DNA of 48,192 nt from a virus (Duplodnaviria > Caudoviricetes). The stretch covers positions 1 to 48,192 of the IMG/VR virus record IMGVR_UViG_3300030330_003556. One strand, given 5' to 3'. The notes below the pieces were generated by a model. That model saw only the letters and a program-made list of their open reading frames with translations, made no database searches and was not told where the DNA came from. This document shows, piece after piece, positions 8,988 to 16,409 of this stretch; position 1 is the stretch's first letter, and every line of letters begins with the position of its first letter. Made by a program: the position numbers and the translations under genes.

Positions 8988-9413
8988 TTATGTTTTAGCA
9001 GGTAATGTATAAGTTGATTTGAATATAGCGTACTCATAAGTAATGGTACCGCTAGTTTCAGCTTCAATATTTATTTCATTATCAGCTGTACCCATATTCC
9101 AAGGCATCCACATCCACTCACCAGCACCTAAGTTGCCGATAACAGTATCGTGTATACCTACTACAATGTATTGTTCTTCATTAGTTGAAGTGTTGCATAA
9201 GTATACCCAGTTAGACGTATCTGCTGTTCCTAGAGCCTCGTGTAAAGCGTCTGCACCAGAAGCTTGTGTTAACTTACCAGCGCCTAAATCTACTAATTCC
9301 ATACCTGTAGTTGTTCCAGTTTGGTTTATGTTTGTAGTTGCGCTAATAGATAAACTTTGCCCAGGCTGCAAATCATCACTAGTAATACTTACTGCCGCTG
9401 TTGTTGTTGCCAT
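8988..9413 (-). CDS. small beta-rich putative virion protein (paralog 2)
   Basis: MATTTAAVSITS start; VYLCNT; IGNLGAGEWMWMPW; YEYA. Confidence 0.6.
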   Translation of the reverse strand: MATTTAAVSITSDDLQPGQSLSISATTNINQTGTTTGMELVDLGAGKLTQASGADALHEALGTADTSNWVYLCNTSTNEEQYIVVGIHDTVIGNLGAGEWMWMPWNMGTADNEINIEAETSGTITYEYAIFKSTYTLPAKT

Positions 9414-9438
9414 AATCTATTTATTTATTTAGTTATTA

Positions 9439-9831
9439 TTATCCTTTTGTCCAATAAGCATATTCTGCTATTATAGTACCAGAAGTAGCTTCTAATTGTA
9501 CAGCTACAGATCCACTGTTTTGACCTATAGGTACAAATAAAAACTCTCCAGCTGCTAATTCAGCGAAAGACTTATTGTTTTCTATTTCAACTTGTAACGT
9601 TTGTGAAGTAGCTGAGTCACTAGCATCAAAACCAGTGTGTTTTAAATATAAATATCTGTTGCTACTATGTGAAGGTAATATAATAGTATCACCACCTGTT
9701 GTTGTAGCAGCTACTTTACTTAATCCTATTTGAGGATCTGTTACTGTTAAAGAATCAGTTACAGAAAAATTTACTTCATTTGAAGTAGCGTCTGAACTTG
9801 AAAGTGTTAATGTTGGTGTTAATGTTGCCAT
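9439..9831 (-). CDS. small beta-rich putative virion protein (paralog 1)
   Basis: MATLTPTLTLSS start; LYLKHT; FAELAAGEFLFVP; AEYA. Confidence 0.6.
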   Translation of the reverse strand: MATLTPTLTLSSSDATSNEVNFSVTDSLTVTDPQIGLSKVAATTTGGDTIILPSHSSNRYLYLKHTGFDASDSATSQTLQVEIENNKSFAELAAGEFLFVPIGQNSGSVAVQLEATSGTIIAEYAYWTKG

Positions 9832-9833
9832 AT

Positions 9834-10328
9834 TTATTTATTTTTTAAGTATTTTTCAATATCTTTTATATATTTAGTTTTGCCATTTTGTTTAACAGCA
9901 ATAACCTCTTGTTTTCTGTTAGGCCTATGTGATACCCAGCTAATATGAACCCAGTTAGGATTACCATCAGGATATTCACCACCAAACTCCCAAACCATTT
10001 GATCAAAATCTAAATTATCTTTTATATAGTGATACATCTCTGCATTTGTTTTATGTCCAAAAGTATCATCTATATCTATAGCTTGACCTTTCATATGTTG
10101 TGATCTAGTACTACCACCTATCGCAGTGTTTACAGGTTCACCTCTAAAAAAACTATTTATTTTTATTGGTCCACCTACCCACTCTCTTAATGGTTCAAAC
10201 AAATTTTCAGCAACTTCTTTCATGCATTTTAATTGTTCTTTGTTAGGAATGTTATCCAACCCTAATCTGTCACCAGTTCTACTATAAGTTCCTTCTTTCC
10301 AACTTACGTGTTTACTTATCTTTTCCAT
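9834..10328 (-). CDS. peptidase M15 endolysin (Zn D-Ala-D-Ala peptidase fold)
   Basis: I.INSFFR...N.AIGGS..SQHMKGQAID and WVHIS Zn-binding motifs. Confidence 0.9.
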   Translation of the reverse strand: MEKISKHVSWKEGTYSRTGDRLGLDNIPNKEQLKCMKEVAENLFEPLREWVGGPIKINSFFRGEPVNTAIGGSTRSQHMKGQAIDIDDTFGHKTNAEMYHYIKDNLDFDQMVWEFGGEYPDGNPNWVHISWVSHRPNRKQEVIAVKQNGKTKYIKDIEKYLKNK

Positions 10329-10599
10329 ATTTTCTTTTTAATTGTAATTTTGCTTGCTTAGCAAGTCTTGCCTGCATCATTTTACCCATAACTTTAGCTC
10401 TTTGTTCAAGAACTGTTAGTATTTGTATTTTTCTAGCATAAGGCTTGTTTATTTTCATTACTTTAGCTATAGTTTTTCTAGCGTCAGCAACAGTAGCAAA
10501 CTTTATACTAACCGTATCAGTAGGATCTTCGTCTGTATATAATCTTCTATCACTACCTTTTGGTTTTTTACCAGTTCCTACTTTAGGATCTTTTGCCAT
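10312..10599 (-). CDS. small basic hypothetical protein
   Basis: K/R-rich 95-aa ORF overlapping its neighbours; RRLYTDEDP..TV and EQRAK segments. Confidence 0.7.
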   Translation of the reverse strand: MAKDPKVGTGKKPKGSDRRLYTDEDPTDTVSIKFATVADARKTIAKVMKINKPYARKIQILTVLEQRAKVMGKMMQARLAKQAKLQLKRKYGKDK

Positions 10600-10882
10600 C
10601 TTTCTTTTTACCTAAACGTTTTCTAACTATATTCATTACTGTTTTCATTTTACGAGCATAGCTAGGATTTTTACCTCTATTAAATACATACTGTTGGTTT
10701 AAACTACTAATAATTTTAGACAAATTACCTTTACGAGTTTTAATAAGCCAACTAGCCAAAGCTTGTGGCGACAACTCTTTAAACTTACCTTTCGCGTCAG
10801 GTGCGTCTGAGTCGTTCCACTCAATAGACTTTGAAGTCTTTTTCTTTTTTAATGGTGATGTAAAGCTGTTATATATACCCAT
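10583..10882 (-). CDS. small basic hypothetical protein
   Basis: Start revised to ATG 10882 (TAATG overlap); K-rich; contains SPLK. Confidence 0.7.
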   Translation of the reverse strand: MGIYNSFTSPLKKKKTSKSIEWNDSDAPDAKGKFKELSPQALASWLIKTRKGNLSKIISSLNQQYVFNRGKNPSYARKMKTVMNIVRKRLGKKKDGKRS

Positions 10883-11160
10883 TATTCTTCTCCACACTTT
10901 TTTTCTGGATTAGCCACTTGCCTCCAGTCTTGTTTAACCCAGTCTCTCAAACCTTTGCTTTTAGTACTACCATCTCTAATAAAACTTTTTGAACTTCTAA
11001 CTTGTTCACCTTTATCTGCAGCAGCTTTTTTAGCATTTATTACTTTTTGCTTTTCAGCTTCACTCATACGTGCTATTTTAGCTTTAGGCAAACAAACTTT
11101 ACGTGTAGCTTTCATGGGTGAGTTAACAAAACCACTCCAACCTGGCATAACAAAACTCAT
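10882..11160 (-). CDS. small basic hypothetical protein (DUF5872-like motifs)
   Basis: Start revised to 11160 (TAATG overlap); CLPKAK...MS..EK and GLRDWVKQDW. Confidence 0.6.
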   Translation of the reverse strand: MSFVMPGWSGFVNSPMKATRKVCLPKAKIARMSEAEKQKVINAKKAAADKGEQVRSSKSFIRDGSTKSKGLRDWVKQDWRQVANPEKKCGEE

Positions 11161-11405
11161 TAGCACTTGTGATTTGAAGCCCACATATTAGCGTAAGCAG
11201 ATGGATAAACTTTAAATTTTCTTTTTGCAGCTGCTTTTTGACAAGGTTTTAATTTACCTTTCATTGGTGAAGCAAAAGCTTTTAAAGGTGCATTTCTCAT
11301 TGGCATACCTCTTGCTATTTGTTCTAATGCTTCAGCTTGACCAGCATGTGCTTCACTAGCTTTTTCTAGTTTTCCAACTATATTTAATATTTTCTTTTTA
11401 CTCAT
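11160..11405 (-). CDS. small basic hypothetical protein
   Basis: AAKRKFKVYPSAYAN.W motif; ATGA overlap with the upstream gene. Confidence 0.65.
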   Translation of the reverse strand: MSKKKILNIVGKLEKASEAHAGQAEALEQIARGMPMRNAPLKAFASPMKGKLKPCQKAAAKRKFKVYPSAYANMWASNHKC

Positions 11406-11923
11406 ATCTTGTCTTTTATATGGTTATACATATCCTTACCTATTTGTTCTCCAAACAATGAGTCTGATTTATAATGTGCATGTGCAACTCTTCTACTATA
11501 AGATATATCACGCGCAGCTTTCATTAATTTATCTTTTTTGTTTGGATATTTATCACTTAAAGTTAAACCCATTAAATACGCTTGTACAGAATGTCCAGAC
11601 GGGTATGAAGGTGTTTTCATACTTTTTAACTCTATATCCTGCATTTTTATACCCATTTTTTTAGCTAACACCTTTGGTCTTGGTCTATTATGATGTTCTT
11701 TAATTTTCATTATAATAGGTTTTGATTCGTTTATTAGTTTACTAATTAAAGAATCTTTACCTACTATGTTTTCCATAACTTTTTTACCGTCGTCCATTTC
11801 TTTAATAAACTTTTCTCTAATAGGTATTTTTGTTAATTCTAATATTTCTTGTTTTGTAGTATTAGAATTATCACTTGGTGGTTTTTTATTTAAATATTTC
11901 TGTATATCAAAATCTTTTAGCAT
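11402..11923 (-). CDS. soluble PAP2/vanadium-haloperoxidase-superfamily phosphatase
   Basis: All three motifs present: K(x6)RP (KEHHNRPRP), PSGH and SR(x5)H(x3)D (SRRVAHAHYKSD); start revised to ATG 11923. Confidence 0.85.
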   Translation of the reverse strand: MLKDFDIQKYLNKKPPSDNSNTTKQEILELTKIPIREKFIKEMDDGKKVMENIVGKDSLISKLINESKPIIMKIKEHHNRPRPKVLAKKMGIKMQDIELKSMKTPSYPSGHSVQAYLMGLTLSDKYPNKKDKLMKAARDISYSRRVAHAHYKSDSLFGEQIGKDMYNHIKDKI

Positions 11924-11924
11924 G

Positions 11925-12350
11925 TCAGTATTTTCCTTGAACACCTTTTGGGTTTGATTTAGTAGAACCACCTTTACCAGCCCACAAAGTTCTACATGCC
12001 CAATACTGTGCTTTTAATTTACTTTTCTTTTCACCACACTTATGTCTAGCTCTAAAACTTTTTCTAGCAGCATCAGAATAATTGTGACCATATCCTTTTT
12101 CACCAAAATGAACTATACGTTCTTTACCACCTTCACAACCTTTAACCATCATCTTTTTATTAGCTTTAGTAGATCTTCTAGGTTTATTACAAGGCATATT
12201 ATCTTTGTCAGCTCTTTTATCAAACGGACTTTGTTCTGTACGATCTTTACCAGGTGAGTTAATATACTTGGCAACATTATCATTCATAAACTGCCTACGT
12301 CTACCACAGCTAGTTACAACAAAAGGATTATTTTTTTGTACGTAAGCCAT
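11925..12350 (-). CDS. basic hypothetical protein (DUF5754/DUF6321-like)
   Basis: KK..V...G...VHFG..GY...RKSFRARHKC...YWAC..LW signature common in marine phages and giant viruses. Confidence 0.7.
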   Translation of the reverse strand: MAYVQKNNPFVVTSCGRRRQFMNDNVAKYINSPGKDRTEQSPFDKRADKDNMPCNKPRRSTKANKKMMVKGCEGGKERIVHFGEKGYGHNYSDAARKSFRARHKCGEKKSKLKAQYWACRTLWAGKGGSTKSNPKGVQGKY

Positions 12351-12352
12351 GA

Positions 12353-12448
12353 TTAGCAATCACAATCGTTGCAACATACTTTACACCAACCTAAACATAC
12401 TAAACCAAACGTTATAGCTTCAAGCCATTTACAAAATTTATTTTTCAT
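12353..12448 (-). CDS. 31-aa Cys-rich micropeptide (absent from ORF track)
   Basis: MKNKFCKWLEAITFGLVCLGWCKVCCNDCDC; fills the gap with 2-nt spacers to both flanking genes. Confidence 0.7.
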   Translation of the reverse strand: MKNKFCKWLEAITFGLVCLGWCKVCCNDCDC

Positions 12449-12450
12449 AA

Positions 12451-13488
12451 TTATCTTATTATATAGTTAATACCCATTTTAAAATCGTACCACTCTCTGT
12501 TCCAGTACTTGTTGTATTTACCTTCTGCAAAAATACCTAGTTTTTTATTTATTTTTTGACCAAATATTAAACCACCAGAATAATCGTACCATTGTCCATC
12601 AACATAGTTGTGATAACTAAATTCACCACCATCATTGTAATGATAAGGCATTAAATTACCCCAACTATGTACCCAAAAATTTTTATTATAATAATAGTAA
12701 TCAAAACCTAAAATTAAAGAGTTTAATAATCTATTATCTAATTCATTTCTTTTTTTATCAACATAACTTGCTAAAACATTTGGTATTATTATTTGCTCCC
12801 AAACGTCTGAAGATGTAGCTACTAAATCTCCATCAGGATTATAGTATTCTCCTTCATATACGTTAACATTGTAACCTTCTTGTAAGGCTAAATATGTATA
12901 ATGTATGTTACCGTTGTCTAGTTTCCAACTAGCAAGCGGATCATAACCATAAGGCTCTGATAAACGTTGAGCAGCACCAACGTTAAAACTAAAATTACCC
13001 ACAACATATCTATATCTTTGTGAAGTTTCAAAATATTCTATATCTGCAAAACCATCTACTAAATACTCTGCTTTAGCTATCCAGTCGTTAGCTACATATC
13101 TTATAAAGTGATGTTGATCTAAGTACTCTACGCCTTCTTGCCTTTTATAATCTACTTGAAACAAAAACTCTGTACCGTTTCTTTTACCTATTGTAGCAGC
13201 ATCACTATAATTAGACTCGGTACCATCATAAAACGTGTTAGCTCTGTTTTCATAACCAAACCTAGCTATTTTACGTATACCTAATGTTAAGTTATAATCA
13301 TAAGGCGTTTGTATTGTTTCAACACCTAAACCATCTGTAACGCTATAAGTTTCTACGTCTGATATAGAGGTACCACCATTAACAGCAGAATAAAACGTTG
13401 AAAATTTAAACAAATCTTTTATAGTTTGTTGACTGTGTGTCACAGAAGAATATGCAAGTAATAAAAGTGTTAATAATATTTTTTTCAT
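12451..13488 (-). CDS. putative outer-membrane beta-barrel protein with Sec signal peptide
   Basis: MKKILLTLLLLAYSSVTHS signal; many amphipathic aromatic strands; terminal strand DFKMGINYII. Confidence 0.7.
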   Translation of the reverse strand: MKKILLTLLLLAYSSVTHSQQTIKDLFKFSTFYSAVNGGTSISDVETYSVTDGLGVETIQTPYDYNLTLGIRKIARFGYENRANTFYDGTESNYSDAATIGKRNGTEFLFQVDYKRQEGVEYLDQHHFIRYVANDWIAKAEYLVDGFADIEYFETSQRYRYVVGNFSFNVGAAQRLSEPYGYDPLASWKLDNGNIHYTYLALQEGYNVNVYEGEYYNPDGDLVATSSDVWEQIIIPNVLASYVDKKRNELDNRLLNSLILGFDYYYYNKNFWVHSWGNLMPYHYNDGGEFSYHNYVDGQWYDYSGGLIFGQKINKKLGIFAEGKYNKYWNREWYDFKMGINYIIR

Positions 13489-15698
13489 TTTATAAACTTC
13501 TTTTCAACACTACCATCATCATATATAAATAACAATATTGTGTTTTTAGTTATTTTAGCAGGTCTACCTAATAAATCTGTTATAGCAATTAAGTTAGCCA
13601 TACGTTTTGGAACAGGTCCTACCCAAGTTCCTTCGCAGTAATCATATGTTAACTGACATATATTATCCCACTCATTGTCACAGCAATATTCATCTACATC
13701 TATAACCCAAGCATAACAAGGATCGTTTAACCAGTACGGTTCGCCTGGTCCAGTTATACATTCAGCACTATACAAACAACTTTCATTATCAGCTGTGTTT
13801 GCTAGCGGTTCATAGTTGAACGCATCTTGGTCCATACACCCCACAACCACAGGTACACAACTATTATTATCGGTGTTAGCACTTGAATCATAATTGATAG
13901 CAGTACTATCAGTACACCCATAAATAAATGGAATACAACTGAAGTCTTCTGTATTAGCGTTAACTTGGTAGTTGAACATACTCGGATCAGTACAACCATA
14001 AATATAAGGAACGCAAGGATTGATATTGTCTTCAGCATTTGCAAGTGGGTTAAAATTAAACATTGTAGAGTCCATGCATCCATAAACAAACGGTACACAA
14101 CTACCATCATCAGTATTTGCTAAACTATCATAATTGAACATAGTTGGATCAGTGCACCCGTAAACATATGCTATACACGTGTCGGGTGTGTTTGCAAGCG
14201 GATTAAAGTTAAGCGCTAGACTTTCCATACAACCAGTAATAACAGGAACGCAGCCCCCGTTGTCTACGTTAGCCGTAGAATCATAATTAAAAGAAGTTAT
14301 ATCAGTACATCCAAATACAGCTAACGTATTACAACTGTCTTGTATATTAAAATCTGTATAAACTCCGTTAGATGTGTCCATATGGTACTCTAGATACGCA
14401 GGAGACATGCAACCTGGTACGTAATAACAAAGTAAAGGTGTATTTGCTGTGCTATCATAATTAAACGCCATACTATCCATACAACCTTCAACTATTTCAA
14501 CACACTCATTACCACAATAAGTCATACCAACATAAACAAAAAACGGTTGTATAAACGGTGGTTTAACACTTATAATAGTATCACCCATAGGGTTTATTAA
14601 AGTAAACCCACACTCTGGTGCCGTTTGAGAAGCTTGTTGGTTAATAAAAAACTTAGCCTTTACTATTTCAGGCGCTTTTAATTGTAATGTATAAGTCTGA
14701 TTAAAACCAGAAGTCATTACAAATTGTGATGTGTCGTCTTGATAAATTTCTAATCTACTACCAACCCAACCATTACCTGCAAGATCATGCAGTATAAGAG
14801 TGTAATCGCAACTATCTATGTAATCCATAGTATTCGCGGTTGAGTCGTAGTTAAACATTGTACTATCAGTACAACCATATATTTTTAAAGTAGCACAGCT
14901 ACTATCACTTACTGTGGCTGCTGGATTAAATTCAATATAATTGTTGTCCATACAGCCCGGCACTGGTGGTGGTGGTGTACAAGTATCAGAAGTAAATACA
15001 TGTGTGGAATCTGTCCCAAAATTAGGTGTGGTACCAAACACCAAGGTATCTCCACATTGCATTACAAAATACGAGCCATCGTTTCCACCCCACTGGCTTC
15101 CAGCTAAACCGTCTCCGTACGTATCAAATATCGTGAACCTTAAAACACCTGTAGGTAGGCAAACTGGAATATGTTGTGGTTGATAATCAGGAGCGTTTGG
15201 GTATGGGCCTCCTGCTGCTATCAAATTACCCATTGTATCTTTTATTTCCCAACTAGTTTCACTAGTAAATTGATCTAAGTTTATGTTTACCATAGCTGGC
15301 ACACATTGACCAGGCGGTGGAGGTTGCGGCATACATTGCGGTACAACTCTATTATGTATTAATCCTGTAGTAAAAGTACTAACAGGGTAGTTAACTACTG
15401 TATCACCACATATAGTTACATAGTATTCTCCATTTATAATACCGTCACCATAACTATCATATATAACGAAAGATATATTAGTAACACTATCAGACATATA
15501 CAAAGTATCTGTGTGCATAAAATTAGACTGTGTATAATAACCATAATCAACGTAGTCTATAGTATCACCTTGGTAAACAGAGTCGTATAATATCCATCTA
15601 GTTTCACTAGGATACCCATCTGTTTTTATATGTACAACAACTTCTTTCTGCGCAAAAGTTAATATAGGTAGTAAAAGTAATATTAATATTTTTTTCAT
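13485..15698 (-). CDS. secreted Cys-repeat surface protein with putative T9SS-type C-terminal sorting domain
   Basis: Signal MKKILILLLLPILTFAQ (ATG 15698); duplicated TD..SET.W...D.YGDG domains; 11 GC[TM][DES]...C repeats; C-terminus ITDLLGR...LFIYDDGSVEKKFIK. Confidence 0.8.
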   Translation of the reverse strand: MKKILILLLLPILTFAQKEVVVHIKTDGYPSETRWILYDSVYQGDTIDYVDYGYYTQSNFMHTDTLYMSDSVTNISFVIYDSYGDGIINGEYYVTICGDTVVNYPVSTFTTGLIHNRVVPQCMPQPPPPGQCVPAMVNINLDQFTSETSWEIKDTMGNLIAAGGPYPNAPDYQPQHIPVCLPTGVLRFTIFDTYGDGLAGSQWGGNDGSYFVMQCGDTLVFGTTPNFGTDSTHVFTSDTCTPPPPVPGCMDNNYIEFNPAATVSDSSCATLKIYGCTDSTMFNYDSTANTMDYIDSCDYTLILHDLAGNGWVGSRLEIYQDDTSQFVMTSGFNQTYTLQLKAPEIVKAKFFINQQASQTAPECGFTLINPMGDTIISVKPPFIQPFFVYVGMTYCGNECVEIVEGCMDSMAFNYDSTANTPLLCYYVPGCMSPAYLEYHMDTSNGVYTDFNIQDSCNTLAVFGCTDITSFNYDSTANVDNGGCVPVITGCMESLALNFNPLANTPDTCIAYVYGCTDPTMFNYDSLANTDDGSCVPFVYGCMDSTMFNFNPLANAEDNINPCVPYIYGCTDPSMFNYQVNANTEDFSCIPFIYGCTDSTAINYDSSANTDNNSCVPVVVGCMDQDAFNYEPLANTADNESCLYSAECITGPGEPYWLNDPCYAWVIDVDEYCCDNEWDNICQLTYDYCEGTWVGPVPKRMANLIAITDLLGRPAKITKNTILLFIYDDGSVEKKFIK
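13775..14960 (-). repeat. intragenic protein repeats, 11 copies of GC[TM]D....N[YF]...AN.D..SC (2 plus 9)
   Basis: Counted directly in the translation; one copy (GCMSPAYLEY...) is divergent; boundaries approximate. Confidence 0.85.
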
Positions 15699-15699
15699 T

Positions 15700-16071
15700 T
15701 TAAAAATCACTCATTATTATTTCGTCAACTTCTTCTTGCACCTCTTTTCTTGTAGCAGACATAGTAAAACTAAGATCTGCTTGATAACGTTTTACTTCTT
15801 CTCCGTTAAATATTATAATTGTAGGCACTACAACTATGTTATATTTTTTAGCCCAATCACCTTTGTCTATACTAATTCTTTTAACACCACAATCACTAAG
15901 TTTTTCTAACCAATTTACGCTGTTAGCTTTGTTCCAACCAGCATTAAACTCAACTACACACACGTCTGTTTTACAAATATTTTGTGCTTTAACAGTGTTA
16001 GCAAGCATTATAAATAATATTATTAAAAAATAAACTACATATACGCCTTGTGGTGTTTTAGTTTCTTCCAT
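15700..16071 (-). CDS. exported thioredoxin-fold protein lacking CxxC
   Basis: Hydrophobic N-terminal segment ending VKA-Q; VVEFNAGWNKAN in place of F.A.WCxxC; KYNIVVVPTIIIFNGEEV.R. Confidence 0.75.
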   Translation of the reverse strand: MEETKTPQGVYVVYFLIILFIMLANTVKAQNICKTDVCVVEFNAGWNKANSVNWLEKLSDCGVKRISIDKGDWAKKYNIVVVPTIIIFNGEEVKRYQADLSFTMSATRKEVQEEVDEIIMSDF

Positions 16072-16362
16072 TTATCTTAGTTTATCAATTTTTTCTTCGA
16101 TACGCTTAATATCGTCTTTTATTTCAGTAACATCTTCTTGCGTAGTCATAATAGTGTTACGTATCATTTGATCTTTCATATCAAACTCCATACGAGTAAC
16201 TTCTGGTGGTGGTATTTCTATAATTGGTAGCTCTTTAGCTTCAGCAATATCCGCTTGTAAAGTGTACCACATTCCAACAAGAGCTGCTATTAAAGCAGCT
16301 ATACCACCCAATGTTTTAACACTTACTTTAAAACTAGTGTCTTCGTTTAATTCTTTAGCCAT
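16072..16362 (-). CDS. single-pass membrane protein with coiled coil (holin-like candidate)
   Basis: TM segment TLGGIAALIAALVGMWYTL; C-terminal EIKDDIKRIEEKID heptads. Confidence 0.55.
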   Translation of the reverse strand: MAKELNEDTSFKVSVKTLGGIAALIAALVGMWYTLQADIAEAKELPIIEIPPPEVTRMEFDMKDQMIRNTIMTTQEDVTEIKDDIKRIEEKIDKLR

Positions 16363-16409
16363 CTTTTGTTTGTTTATATTAATATAGAATCACTTGTTTT
16401 TTAAGTTAT

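Noticed and set aside
13775-14960. CRISPR array or DGR template/variable repeat
   Set aside because: Repeats are degenerate, in frame and conserved only at protein level; no cas or reverse transcriptase gene is present
12353-16362. Host chromosomal flank or prophage boundary
   Set aside because: Same strand as and tightly joined to phage genes on both sides; no integrase, att-like repeat or housekeeping gene seen
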